Below are positions 1 to 9,617 of a stretch of 64,000 nucleotides of DNA, one piece after another. A program made the position numbers and the translations under genes. Under the pieces are notes generated by a model. That model was not told the DNA's origin and did no database searches. It saw only the letters and a program-made list of their open reading frames with translations. Each line of letters begins with the position of its first letter. Position 1 is the stretch's first letter. The DNA is from Polyangiaceae bacterium (GTDB lineage Bacteria > Myxococcota_A > Polyangia > Polyangiales > Polyangiaceae): assembly GCA_039809485.1 (NCBI GenBank), contig JBDHVE010000030.1:1752-65751 (forward strand), given 5' to 3'.

Positions 1-2
1 AC

Positions 3-833
3 GAGACGGCGTTCCGCTTCGTGATCGAAGGCTGCGGGCAGAGGCTCGGTTACGTCGAGGAGTGCGACCTCGTCGGCGAGCCCACGCCGCCCGGGTGGCG
101 CCAGGTCGACGGCTCTCTCGCCTGTCGCGACGTGCTCGTCACGCGTCTGGACCTCCGCGAACCGAACCGCCGTGCGTCGTCGCCCGCGGCCTCGACGAGA
201 GCGCCGACGACCACGGAGGAGCGCGCTTTCGCGGCGCTCCGGGCGAGCGGGAGGCGCGTGCTCTTCCTCGATCGCTGCACGGCGAACCCGTCGCGCGGGT
301 GCGTCCCGCGCGCGTGGTCCGACGCCGACGCGGTCCTCCTTCGTCTCGACGCGCCGCACACGCGCGGTGGCTCGGAGCTCCTCGACGGCGTCGAGATCGA
401 CTGGGCGTCGCCCGGCATCGACGGGCGCCTCGTGCTGCGCGTGTCGGACGAGCAGATGACACTCCGCTCCGGACACGACAACCCGCACGAGAACCGCCTC
501 TACTGGGTCGCGCCGTCCACCCCCGAGCAGCACGCGGCCGTGCGGGCGCTGGTCGCGAAGCCGGGCTCGATCCGGGACGTGCGGTGCGAGACCGAAGGCG
601 ACCGCCGGGACTGTCGCTTCGCGGGCCGCGTCGAGAAGACGGCATTCGGCGACGACCACGTCCCGGTCGTGCGCGCGAACGCGCGTACGCTCGTCGCGAA
701 CCTCAACCGCGCGCTGCCCCGAGGCGTGGAGCCCCTGACGAACCCGGCGTCCGAGGACGTCGCGCCGCGCCCTCTCGTCTCGCCGATGGCCGAGGAGATC
801 GCGGACTGGCTCCACGTCGCCGACGCCCCGTAG
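3..833 (+). CDS. Hypothetical protein, 5'-truncated by window edge
   Basis: Frame is open from base 3 (ETAFRFVIEG...) to TAG at 831-833 and converges on the next gene; no recognisable family motif. Confidence 0.6.
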   Translation, partial: ETAFRFVIEGCGQRLGYVEECDLVGEPTPPGWRQVDGSLACRDVLVTRLDLREPNRRASSPAASTRAPTTTEERAFAALRASGRRVLFLDRCTANPSRGCVPRAWSDADAVLLRLDAPHTRGGSELLDGVEIDWASPGIDGRLVLRVSDEQMTLRSGHDNPHENRLYWVAPSTPEQHAAVRALVAKPGSIRDVRCETEGDRRDCRFAGRVEKTAFGDDHVPVVRANARTLVANLNRALPRGVEPLTNPASEDVAPRPLVSPMAEEIADWLHVADAP

Positions 834-847
834 GCGGCACGCGGCGA

Positions 848-1588
848 TCAGCTCCGCCAGTGGCGGCGCGCGTCGGCCTGCGCCTGCGAGAGTCGGCGCT
901 GCTCCTGGACGAGCGCGCCGTACGCGCGCGGCATCCGCGGGTCGCGCGCGAGGCCGTAGAGGACCTTCAGCGCGGCCTCGGCGTCGTCCTCGGCGCGGTG
1001 GGCGTTCTCGAGCGAGATGCCGAGACGCGCGGCGACGTCGCCGAGCGCACGGGACTTCTCGCCTTCCTGGATGTCGCGCGCCCAGACGAGCGGGTCGAGC
1101 CAGTCGACCTGCTTCTCCATCGCGGCGACGCCGGTGACGTCGGCCTTCGCACGCGAGAACTCGCTCATCATGAACGCGCGGTCGAAGAGCGCGTTGTACG
1201 CGGCCGGGATGCGCCCGCGGAGCGCGGCGGCGATCTCGTGCGCGACCGCTTCGAAGCGCGGCTTGTCCGCCACCATCTCGTTCGTGATGTGGTGGATGGC
1301 GATGACCTCGTCGGGGATCGTCATCCCCGGGTTGATCAGCCAGTTCTTCTTCTCGATGACCTCACCGTTCTTGCCGACGACGATGCCGACCTCGACGACG
1401 CGATCGACCGAAGCGTCACGGCCCGTCGTCTCGACGTCGAGGAGCGCGACCTCGAGCTCCTGCCACGCGACGTCGGCGGCGAAGCCCGGCGCGAGACCGC
1501 GGATCTCCACCTTGAGGAGATGCGCGATCCCGGGGTAGTGCCTCCCCGTCGGGAAGCAGCCGCAGCCGTCGCCGAGCGACCGGGTCAC
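848..1588 (-). CDS. DEDDh 3'-5' exonuclease (DNA Pol III epsilon-like)
   Basis: Motifs LLDVETTG, AAYNALFD, HRAEDDA. GTG start at 1588 overlaps the TGA of the upstream gene (GTGA). Confidence 0.9.
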   Translation of the reverse strand: MTRSLGDGCGCFPTGRHYPGIAHLLKVEIRGLAPGFAADVAWQELEVALLDVETTGRDASVDRVVEVGIVVGKNGEVIEKKNWLINPGMTIPDEVIAIHHITNEMVADKPRFEAVAHEIAAALRGRIPAAYNALFDRAFMMSEFSRAKADVTGVAAMEKQVDWLDPLVWARDIQEGEKSRALGDVAARLGISLENAHRAEDDAEAALKVLYGLARDPRMPRAYGALVQEQRRLSQAQADARRHWRS

Positions 1589-2589
1589 TTCTTGGCGGCT
1601 CCGGCGTCCGTCTTCGCGGCGGCGTCGGGCTTCGGCGCGGTCTTCGCGGCGCCCGCGTCGAGGAGCGCGGCTGCGCTCCCGCTCGCGGCCGGGGCGGCGC
1701 GACCTTCGGAGGGCTTCACGCCGAGGAACGTCATCTCCATCGTGATCCAGTCGCCGAGCTCCTGGTGCCCGTCGAACGACCGGCCGTTCACGAAGATGCT
1801 CGGCGTCCCCTCGATCTTGAGGTCCTCGCCGAGCTTCTTGTCCTGCGCGATCCGCGCCGCCGTCTCGGGCGCCTGGAGGTCGGCGTGGAAGCGCGAGACG
1901 TCGAGCCCGAGCTCCTTCGCGTAGCTGTCGAGATCGGTCTGCTCCAGATGCTGCTGGTTCTTGAACAGCATGTGGTGCATCGGCCAGAACTTCCCCTGCT
2001 TCCAGGCCGCGATGCCCGCGCGCGCCGCGATGTCGGCGTGGGGGTGACCGGGCAGCGGGTAGAACTTGAAGACGAAGCGGACGTCGTTCTTCCGCTCCTC
2101 GACGACCTTGTCGAGCAGCGGCATCACCTGCGCGCAGTGCGGGCACTCGAAGTCCGCGAACTCGACGATCGTGATCGGCGCGTTGTCCGGGCCCATCGTC
2201 GGCGAGCCGTCGATCGGGACGTTCTTCACCGCGGCCGGATCGAAGCGGTTCTTGTAGCTCTTCTCGATCTGCTCGCGCGTCATGCCGTCCTTCACGCCCT
2301 TGAGGACGTACTTGGCGGCAGGCGTGCACTTGTTGCAGTCACGCTTCTCCTTCACGCACTGCGCGATCGGGACGGGGACGTTCGAGCACGGCGCGAGGAA
2401 CTCGCTGACGTACTTGCTCCAGTCCTTCTTCTCGCGCGGCGTGAGCTGCTTCGTGTCGACGCCGTCGAGCTGGACCTCCGGCGCGTTGTCCTTGTCCTTC
2501 GTGGCGTCCTCGGGCTCGTCCTTCCCGCACGTCGCGCCCGAGAGCGTGAAAAGCCCAAGGATTCCGGCAGCTAGCGCTTTGGTCCACAT
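1585..2589 (-). CDS. DsbA-family thioredoxin-fold lipoprotein
   Basis: IVEFADFECPHC active site, cis-Pro loop IEGTPSIFVNG, signal peptide with GATC lipobox, extra 4-Cys N-terminal domain. Confidence 0.9.
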   Translation of the reverse strand: MWTKALAAGILGLFTLSGATCGKDEPEDATKDKDNAPEVQLDGVDTKQLTPREKKDWSKYVSEFLAPCSNVPVPIAQCVKEKRDCNKCTPAAKYVLKGVKDGMTREQIEKSYKNRFDPAAVKNVPIDGSPTMGPDNAPITIVEFADFECPHCAQVMPLLDKVVEERKNDVRFVFKFYPLPGHPHADIAARAGIAAWKQGKFWPMHHMLFKNQQHLEQTDLDSYAKELGLDVSRFHADLQAPETAARIAQDKKLGEDLKIEGTPSIFVNGRSFDGHQELGDWITMEMTFLGVKPSEGRAAPAASGSAAALLDAGAAKTAPKPDAAAKTDAGAAKK

Positions 2590-2748
2590 GCGAGCGCGCG
2601 GAGAATAGCAAAGCTTTCCTCCGTTGGGGCCCCCCACGTCGTCGTGGGGGACGGGACAAGTCGAGACCCTCGGCCGCGGTCAGGTGCGGCCCACGGCAGC
2701 AGCCGAGGGGTGACGCACGTTTGCAGTGGAAACCGCGAGCGGCTAGAC

Positions 2749-3573
2749 ATGGCGCCCGTGAGGTCCGTCGTCTTTCGCTTCGAAGACATCGCGGCCTTCG
2801 AAGGCGCGCTCGCCGACGCCCCGGGGGCGCTGCCGCTCCCGGCGGGCGAGACCGCCAAGGACGGCGAGTGGGTGCTCGCGATCTTCGAGATCGGCTCGCG
2901 CAAGCGCGCGACCGCGGCCGCCGCGCGTGCGGTCCGCGCGGCCGGTGACCCGCACCTCGCGTTCGAGCGCCGCGACTGGGACCGCCTCGTCGGCTTCGTC
3001 GCCGCCCGCAGCGAGCACATGCGCGCGGCGCGTCCGATCAGCTCGATGCCGACCTCCTCGGGCCGGATCCCGATCGCGACGCCGAATCCGCCGGAGTCGC
3101 TCGAGGCGCTTCCGCCGAGCAGCCAGTCCGCTGCGAGCATGTCCCCGCACTCGACGCGCGCGCCGCTCGCCGCCTGCGTCCTGCTCGTCGACGACGACGA
3201 GGACACGCGCGACGAGGTGCAGAAGACGCTCACCGAGGTCGGGCTCCGCGTCGAGATGGCGGAGACGGCCCAGGCCGCGCGTGAGAAGGTGCGCGGCCAG
3301 GTCTTCGACGCGGTCGTGCTCGACCTCCACACGCCGGGGATGTCGACGCTCGACTTCGTGCGCGACCTCCGTCGCGACGCACGCAGTGCGAGCATCCCGG
3401 TCCTGCTCCTCGCCGACAGCGCGTCGTCGCGTGACGTCGTGCAGGCCTTCGCGAGCGGCGCGGACGACTTCCTCTCGAAGCCGATCCGCGGGCCCGAGCT
3501 CGGCGCGCGCATCATCGGCCTCCTCCGCCGCGCCCGCGCCGCGCTGGCGACCGCGCCGGGAGGGCGCGCGTGA
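2749..3573 (+). CDS. Response regulator: C-terminal receiver domain, unknown N-terminal domain
   Basis: VLLVDDD, VVLDLHTPG, ADDFLSKP receiver motifs in the C-terminal half; stop overlaps the next start (GTGA). Confidence 0.8.
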   Translation: MAPVRSVVFRFEDIAAFEGALADAPGALPLPAGETAKDGEWVLAIFEIGSRKRATAAAARAVRAAGDPHLAFERRDWDRLVGFVAARSEHMRAARPISSMPTSSGRIPIATPNPPESLEALPPSSQSAASMSPHSTRAPLAACVLLVDDDEDTRDEVQKTLTEVGLRVEMAETAQAAREKVRGQVFDAVVLDLHTPGMSTLDFVRDLRRDARSASIPVLLLADSASSRDVVQAFASGADDFLSKPIRGPELGARIIGLLRRARAALATAPGGRA

Positions 3574-5186
3574 GCGACAGCATCCCGCCGGATTCGCTCG
3601 AGCCCGAGTCGATCGAGATCGATCCTGCCGGCCTCCGCGGCGCGCGGCGTCTGCTCGCCGTCGGCGGCGGACGCGGTGGCGTCGGCAAGAGCCTCGTCGC
3701 GCAGAACCTCGCCGTCTACCTCGCCCAGCTCGGCAAGACGGTCACGCTCGTCGACTGCGACCCGACCGGCGCGAACCTCCACACCCAGTTCGGCCTGTCC
3801 GCCCTCGCGCGCTCGATCGACGGCAACAGCGAGGACCTCTCGAAGCTCACGGTCACGACGAGCGTGCCAGGGCTGTCGATCCTCCCCGCGCCGCACGACG
3901 CGCTCGAAGCGCCGCTCCAGCTCCGCGCCGGCAGGAAGACGCGGTGGCTCTCGCGTCTCCGCGCGATCCCCGCCGACTACCTCGTCGTCGACGTCGGGCC
4001 CGGTCACTCGAGCCTCGCGGTCGATCTGATGCTCGCAGCGGACATCGGCATCTGCGTCACCGTCCCGGAGCCGCCCGCGATCGAGGCGACGTACCGCTTC
4101 GTGCGCGCGGCGTTCCGCCGCCGACTCCGGCGGGCGCTCGTGAAGGATCGCTTCCGGCTCGGCCTCGTCGAACGCGCCGCGAAGGAGATCGGCCGTCTCC
4201 CCTCGCCGCTCGAGCTCGTGAAGGTCCTCTGGAAGACGGACCGCTCGCTCGCCGAGCTCGCATGGGCCGAAGCCCATCGCACGCACTTCTACCTCGCGGT
4301 GAACCAGACGCGCGTGCGGACGGATCTCGAGCTCGCCGCGACGATGAGCGCGCTCTGCCGCCGCCACTACGGGATCGCGCTCGACGAGCTCGGGTGGGTC
4401 GAGCACGACGACACGGTGTGGCTCTCGGTGCGTCGCCGCCGTCCGCTCCTCGTCGACAGCCCGACGTCGAAGGCGGCGCGCAATCTCGAACGGCTCGCCC
4501 GGCGCGTCGTCGCCCTCACCGCCGCGAAGCAGGAGCGGCACGAGCCGGCGCCGCCCCTCGCGCTCCCGAGTGGGCTCGAGAACGCGCTCGCGCCGGGGCT
4601 CGCGCTCGATCAGCCCGATCTCTACGCCGTGCTCGGCGTCGGTCGCTCGTCGAACGACGAGGAGATCCGCCGCGCGTACAAGCGTCAGAAAGAGGTCTAC
4701 GCGACGGGCGGCCTCGTGACGACGTCCCTCCTCGACGACGCCGAGCTCGCCGCCGCGCAAGCGCGGATCGACGAAGCGCACGACACGCTCCTCGATCCGG
4801 TGCGCCGACGCGCCTACGACCTCTCGACCTTCCCGGAGCCCGAGACGCCGGCGCAGTCGGCGAGCATCGCGCGGCCCGCGCTCGCCGCCGAGCAGCTCCT
4901 CCTCCAGAGCGAGCTCGCACGGGAGATCGGCCCCGACACCGAGTTCTCCGGCTCGCTCCTCCGGAAGGTGCGCGAGTCGCAGGGGATCGAGCTCGCGGAG
5001 ATCAGCTCGCGCACGAAGATCTCGAAAGCGCACCTCGCCGCGCTCGAAGAGGAGTCGTACGGCGACCTGCCCGCGATGGTCTACGTCCGCGGCTTCGTCA
5101 GCGAGCTCGCGAAGTACCTGCGGCTCGATCCCGCCCAGGTCCAGCGCACGTACCTGCGACGCATGCGCGAGAAGACTCCGACGTGA
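3570..5186 (+). CDS. MinD/FlhG-type P-loop ATPase fused to a J-like domain and a RodZ-type HTH
   Basis: GGGRGGVGKS, LVDCD, LVVDVGPG; DLYAVLGV...EIRRAY...LLDPVRRRAYD (J-like); LLRKVRESQGIELAEISSRTKIS...YVRGFVSELAKYL (HTH_25-like). Confidence 0.85.
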   Translation: MSDSIPPDSLEPESIEIDPAGLRGARRLLAVGGGRGGVGKSLVAQNLAVYLAQLGKTVTLVDCDPTGANLHTQFGLSALARSIDGNSEDLSKLTVTTSVPGLSILPAPHDALEAPLQLRAGRKTRWLSRLRAIPADYLVVDVGPGHSSLAVDLMLAADIGICVTVPEPPAIEATYRFVRAAFRRRLRRALVKDRFRLGLVERAAKEIGRLPSPLELVKVLWKTDRSLAELAWAEAHRTHFYLAVNQTRVRTDLELAATMSALCRRHYGIALDELGWVEHDDTVWLSVRRRRPLLVDSPTSKAARNLERLARRVVALTAAKQERHEPAPPLALPSGLENALAPGLALDQPDLYAVLGVGRSSNDEEIRRAYKRQKEVYATGGLVTTSLLDDAELAAAQARIDEAHDTLLDPVRRRAYDLSTFPEPETPAQSASIARPALAAEQLLLQSELAREIGPDTEFSGSLLRKVRESQGIELAEISSRTKISKAHLAALEEESYGDLPAMVYVRGFVSELAKYLRLDPAQVQRTYLRRMREKTPT

Positions 5187-6694
5187 ACGGCAGCGCCGCG
5201 CGAGCGACCGACCCCGGAGACGAGGCGACCGCCGAGACGCGCGCCCAGGGCGGCGCCGCGGCTCGTCTCGACGCGCTCGCCTGCGTCGTGCTCTTCGTCG
5301 TCGCGTGGGTGCCGCGCATGCTCGCGGTGCGGGCGTGGGCGGCCGAGCCCGTGTGGGACGGCCACTACTACGACTTCGGCGCGCACCGGATCGCGGCGGG
5401 GCTCGGATACTCGGACGATCTCGTCGTCGGCGCGACGAAGGTCTGGCATCCGTGGTGCCACTACCCGGTCGGTTACAGCGGCTTCCTCGCCCTCGCCTAT
5501 CGGCTCTTCGGCGAGAGCCCGCACGTCGCGAACCTCGCGAACGTCGCCGTCGGCTCGCTCCTCGCGGTGATGACCTTCCTCCTCGCGCGCGAGGCGCTCC
5601 CGCGGTCGCGAGCGGTCCTCGCCGGCGCGCTCGTCGCGCTCCATCCGGGCCTCGTCCTCTACGGAGCGCTGGTGATGAGCGAGCCGCTCGCGGCGCTCCT
5701 CGTCCTCGTCGCGTTCTGGATCGCGCTCCGCGCGACGCGGGCGGAGCGGCCGTGGCTCGCGATGTCGACCGCCGGGCTCGTCCTCGGCCTCGGCGTCCTC
5801 GTGCGACCGCAAGCGCTCCTCTGCGCGCCGTTCCTCGCGCTCGCATTCCCGGCCGCGCGCCTCCGTGACCGCCTCCTCGCCGCCGTGCTCGCCTGCGCCG
5901 CGACGCTCGTTCCCGTGCTGCCGTGGACCGCGCGCAACTGCAAGGTGATGGACGCCTGTGCGCTCGTCAGCACGAACGCGGGGTGGAACCTCGCGATCGG
6001 CGCGTTCCCGCGCGCGACGGGCCGCTTCGAGACGCTCCGCTCGAGCGACGGGTGTCGCGAGGTGACCGGCCAGGTCCAGCAGGACCGCTGCTGGATGCAG
6101 TACGGGCTCGTGCACATCCGGCAGGATCCGTGGAGGTGGCTCTCGCTCGTGCCGGCGAAGCTCTCGTTCACGTTCGACCACGAGTCGTTCCCGGTCGAGT
6201 ACCTGCGCGAAGCGCGTCCCGCGGCGTGGCCGGAGGACAAGCGAAGCGGCGCGCGGACGGTGCTGACCACGTTCCATCGCCTCCTCTGCGTGGTGTCGCC
6301 GCTCGCGTTCGTCGCGTTCCTCGTCCCGCGACGTCGCGCCCGCGAGCCGCGCGCGGACGGGCGGGCGCGCGTCGTGCAGACGGCCCTCCTCGGCTCCGTC
6401 GCGCTCGCGGCCGTCGTCGGGCTCTCGGCGAGCAGCCCGGTCGTGTGGCCGCTCGTGCTCCTCACCTGCGTGCTCGCCGTGGTGCCGCTCCCCGGAAGGC
6501 CGCCGGTGCCGCCGGCGATCGGCCTCGGCGTCGTGCTCCTCGCGTCGACGGTCGTCGCACACGCGGTCTTCTTCGGCGAGGACCGCTACCACGTCGTCGT
6601 GATCCCGGTCCTCGCGCTGCTCGCCGCGTCGGCGCTCCGTAGCCCGGAAACACGCGCGGCGCGGTCACCGTCAGGTGCACGCGCCGCGGGCTGA
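5183..6694 (+). CDS. Multi-pass membrane glycosyltransferase (GT-C, PMT/ArnT-like)
   Basis: Many TM segments; WDGHYYD, YPVGYSGFLA, LVMSEPL, LVRPQALL, PWTARN and FFGEDRYH motifs typical of GT-C fold enzymes. Confidence 0.75.
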   Translation: MNGSAARATDPGDEATAETRAQGGAAARLDALACVVLFVVAWVPRMLAVRAWAAEPVWDGHYYDFGAHRIAAGLGYSDDLVVGATKVWHPWCHYPVGYSGFLALAYRLFGESPHVANLANVAVGSLLAVMTFLLAREALPRSRAVLAGALVALHPGLVLYGALVMSEPLAALLVLVAFWIALRATRAERPWLAMSTAGLVLGLGVLVRPQALLCAPFLALAFPAARLRDRLLAAVLACAATLVPVLPWTARNCKVMDACALVSTNAGWNLAIGAFPRATGRFETLRSSDGCREVTGQVQQDRCWMQYGLVHIRQDPWRWLSLVPAKLSFTFDHESFPVEYLREARPAAWPEDKRSGARTVLTTFHRLLCVVSPLAFVAFLVPRRRAREPRADGRARVVQTALLGSVALAAVVGLSASSPVVWPLVLLTCVLAVVPLPGRPPVPPAIGLGVVLLASTVVAHAVFFGEDRYHVVVIPVLALLAASALRSPETRAARSPSGARAAG

Positions 6695-6861
6695 AGCTCA
6701 AGCTATCTGGCGGGGGTTCTACCGCGAGCTGAGCCGTATGGACAAGAAAAAGGGAACGCGTGCCAGGCTGGGCCACGGGTGATCGCCGGGTCCGGGCGAT
6801 CTCCACCGCAGGCCCCGAAGTACCCGCCGGAATCCGGCCTATGCCCGCGTATTCGGCACAC

Positions 6862-6877
6862 TGGCGCGAGCTGTGCT
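6862..6877 (+). promoter_or_regulatory. Candidate sigma54 promoter upstream of the DUF2330 gene
   Basis: TGGCGCG-AGCT-GTGCT has GG-N10-GC spacing about 40 nt before the ATG; chance matches are common at this GC. Confidence 0.3.
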
Positions 6878-6918
6878 GTAGTGCGTCGGGTCGAGCCACG
6901 GGCACGGAGGTCTTTCTC

Positions 6919-8316
6919 ATGCGACGAGCACTTCTCATCAGCGCGATGCTCTTCTCCGGCGTCGCCGCGACGACGGCCTGGGAGTCGGAGGCCGAGGCCT
7001 GCGGCGGGTGCTTCGCCCCGCCCGAGACGCCGACGGTGGTGACCGATCACCGGATGATCCTCACCGTCGCGAAGGACCAGACGACGCTCTACGACCAGAT
7101 CCGCTACCAGGGCGACCCGGCGTCGTTCGCGTGGGTGCTGCCGATCGCGGGCACGGTCGACATCGGTCTCAGCTCGGACGCGCTCTTCAACACGCTCGAC
7201 CAGCAGACGCAGACCCAGATCCTCCCGCCGCCGCGGAACTGCCCGCCGCGCCCGGACGACTGCGACGACCAGAGCAGGTTCAACGCGCCGAGCGCGGCGG
7301 GCGGCGCCGAGGATGCGAGCGGCGTCGACGTCCTCAAGCGCGAGGTCGTCGGTCCGTACGAGACCGTGCAGCTCCGCTCCACGGACCCGCAGGCGCTCGA
7401 CGCCTGGCTCGCGAAGAACGGCTTCACCGTCCCGGACGCCGTGAAGCCCGTGATCGCGACCTACGTCGCCGAGAAGTACGATTTTCTCGCGCTGAAGCTC
7501 GTGCCCGGCAAGGGCGTCAACGACATGCGCCCCGTGCGCGTGACGACCCCGGGCGCGACCGCGGTGCTCCCGCTCCGGATGGTCGCCGCCGGCGCCGGCG
7601 CGAACGTGGGCATCACGCTCTTCGTGGTGAGCGAGGGACGCTACGAGCCGCAGAACTTCCCGACGTTCTCGATCCCCACGGACGAGATCCTGTGGAGCTG
7701 GGCTCAGAACAAGAGCAACTACATCGACGTCCGCGCGCAGAAGAACGCCGCGGGCGGCGGGCGCGCGTGGGAGCTCGAGAGCTCGGACGCCGTCTACACG
7801 AACAACGTCCGAGCGGGCGTCCAGGGCGCGACGTATCCGCGCTACCTTCCCGACGGCGGGACGACGCCTCCCCCGGGCGGCTACACGCCGATCGTCGACG
7901 GGCAGGGCACGCTCGTCGCGACCGCCGAGCAGGCGCGCGACCAGGACCTCGCCGTCCTCTTCCACGGCGTTCCGTATCAGCAGGCGCGCGTCACGCGCCT
8001 CCGCGCCGACCTCGCCTACCAGGCGCTGGACGCCGATCTCGTGCTGACCGCGTCCCTGGACCAATCGACGTTCTCGCGCGTCCGCCAGCTCACGCGCGAA
8101 GCCGATCAGCCGCTCTGCCCGGTGTGGGTCGGCTGCTCGAGCGCCGGACAGGCGCCGCGCGACGAAGCGATCGCGCGCAGCACGCCGGGCGGCAGCGGCT
8201 TCGGCTCGTCGTGCGCGACGACGCCGGCGCGCGGCGGCAACGCATGGCTCGCGGCCGGCGCCGGCTTCGTCACCCTCGCGCTCGCGAACGCGTTCCGCCG
8301 TCGCCGCGCGCGCTGA
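6919..8316 (+). CDS. DUF2330-family exported protein with MYXO-CTERM-like tail
   Basis: GGAGG RBS, signal peptide, ACGGCF...DQIRYQGDPASFAWVLP, VGPYETVQL, LPLRMVAAG; C-terminal SSCAT + TM + RRRRAR. Confidence 0.8.
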   Translation: MRRALLISAMLFSGVAATTAWESEAEACGGCFAPPETPTVVTDHRMILTVAKDQTTLYDQIRYQGDPASFAWVLPIAGTVDIGLSSDALFNTLDQQTQTQILPPPRNCPPRPDDCDDQSRFNAPSAAGGAEDASGVDVLKREVVGPYETVQLRSTDPQALDAWLAKNGFTVPDAVKPVIATYVAEKYDFLALKLVPGKGVNDMRPVRVTTPGATAVLPLRMVAAGAGANVGITLFVVSEGRYEPQNFPTFSIPTDEILWSWAQNKSNYIDVRAQKNAAGGGRAWELESSDAVYTNNVRAGVQGATYPRYLPDGGTTPPPGGYTPIVDGQGTLVATAEQARDQDLAVLFHGVPYQQARVTRLRADLAYQALDADLVLTASLDQSTFSRVRQLTREADQPLCPVWVGCSSAGQAPRDEAIARSTPGGSGFGSSCATTPARGGNAWLAAGAGFVTLALANAFRRRRAR

Positions 8317-8441
8317 CCGTGATCGCGCTGACAGGGGCGTCGGCGATGCTGATCCTGCCGCCCCGCACGCCGGCGCCGGTGAACACGGGCGGAGCGCGCG
8401 CGCCCGTCGGGCGGGCGCGCATCGTGCTACGAGCGGAGGCG

Positions 8442-8930
8442 ATGCCTTCGATGCGCTTCTACGCCGCTCTCCTCGGCCTCGTGCTCGCGGGCTGTCCGGC
8501 CGAGGAGGAGACCCCCGCGGGCGGCTGCCGCGAGGACGCGGTCCCGGCGGGTTTCGACGCGACGACGCCGACGTCGTTCGCGAAGGACGTGATGCCCGTC
8601 TTCGAGACCTCGTGCGCGTTCTCGTCGTGCCACGGCTCGAACGCCGGCAGCGCGAACGGGATCTACCTCGGGAGCTCCGACCCGGCTGCGACGCGGAAGG
8701 CGCTCCTCGACACGAAGGCCGAGCGCCTCCCTTCGATGCCGCTCGTCACCCCTGGCGATCCGGGCAAGAGCTTCCTCGTCCGCAAGATCGAGGGCACGCA
8801 GTGCGCGCTCGACGCCCAGTGCACGGGCGGAACGTGCGGCCGTAGCATGCCGCAAGGTCAGGACCTCCTCCCCGAAGCAGCGCGGTTCGCGATCCGCCGC
8901 TGGGTCGCGCAGGGCGCGAAAGAAGACTGA
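8442..8930 (+). CDS. Lipoprotein with a single c-type cytochrome-like domain
   Basis: LAGC lipobox; F..DV.P.F..SCAFSSCHG (CX4CH), PGDPGKSFLVRKI, RSMPQG (candidate distal Met), IRRWVAQGA. Confidence 0.7.
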   Translation: MPSMRFYAALLGLVLAGCPAEEETPAGGCREDAVPAGFDATTPTSFAKDVMPVFETSCAFSSCHGSNAGSANGIYLGSSDPAATRKALLDTKAERLPSMPLVTPGDPGKSFLVRKIEGTQCALDAQCTGGTCGRSMPQGQDLLPEAARFAIRRWVAQGAKED

Positions 8931-8956
8931 CCTGCCCGTGGTAAGGTGGCCGGCGC

Positions 8957-9574
8957 ATGATCGGCCGTCTCACGGGCAGAGTCGTCGAGGAACCCGATGG
9001 AGGACTGGTCGTCGACGTGAACGGCGTCGGCTACGAGGTCGTCGTCCCGCTCGGGACGCTCGGCCGCGCGGGTCGCGACGCCGAGGATCGCGTCACGCTC
9101 TTCGTCCACACGCACGTGCGCGAAGACGTCTTCTCGCTCTTCGGTTTCGCGAGCGACGCCGACCGCCTCGCGTTCCGCACGCTCATCGGCGTGAGCAGCG
9201 TCGGACCGAAGACGGCGATCCAGGTCCTCTCCGCCCTCCCCGCTCCGGAGCTCGGCGCCGCGATCGCGCGGAAGGAGCTCGGCAAGCTGACGAGCATTCC
9301 CGGCATCGGGAAGAAGACGGCCGAGCGCCTCCTCCTCGAGCTGAAGGACAAGCTCCCGGTGCTCGAAGCCGCGACGCCGCGGCCCCAGGGCGCTGCGGCG
9401 AAACCGCAGGCGGCGGCTTCCTCGTCGAGCGCCGAGCTGCTCGCGCGCGCGCTCGTCAACATGGGGTACCGGCAGGGCGAGGCCGATCGCGCCGTCGAGC
9501 AGCTGTCGTCACGCCTCGGCGAGGTCCCGCTGCCCGATCTCGTCAAGGAAGCGCTGGCCGTCCTGTCGAAATGA
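8957..9574 (+). CDS. ruvA: Holliday junction branch migration protein RuvA
   Basis: MIGRLTG...VNGVGYEV, HTHVRED..SLFGF, VSSVGPKTA, IPGIGKKTAERLLLELKDK, ALVNMGY. Confidence 0.97.
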   Translation: MIGRLTGRVVEEPDGGLVVDVNGVGYEVVVPLGTLGRAGRDAEDRVTLFVHTHVREDVFSLFGFASDADRLAFRTLIGVSSVGPKTAIQVLSALPAPELGAAIARKELGKLTSIPGIGKKTAERLLLELKDKLPVLEAATPRPQGAAAKPQAAASSSSAELLARALVNMGYRQGEADRAVEQLSSRLGEVPLPDLVKEALAVLSK

Positions 9575-9617
9575 GCGCTAGAACCGCCATGCGCGACGGC
9601 GTCCGAGGGATCACGCG

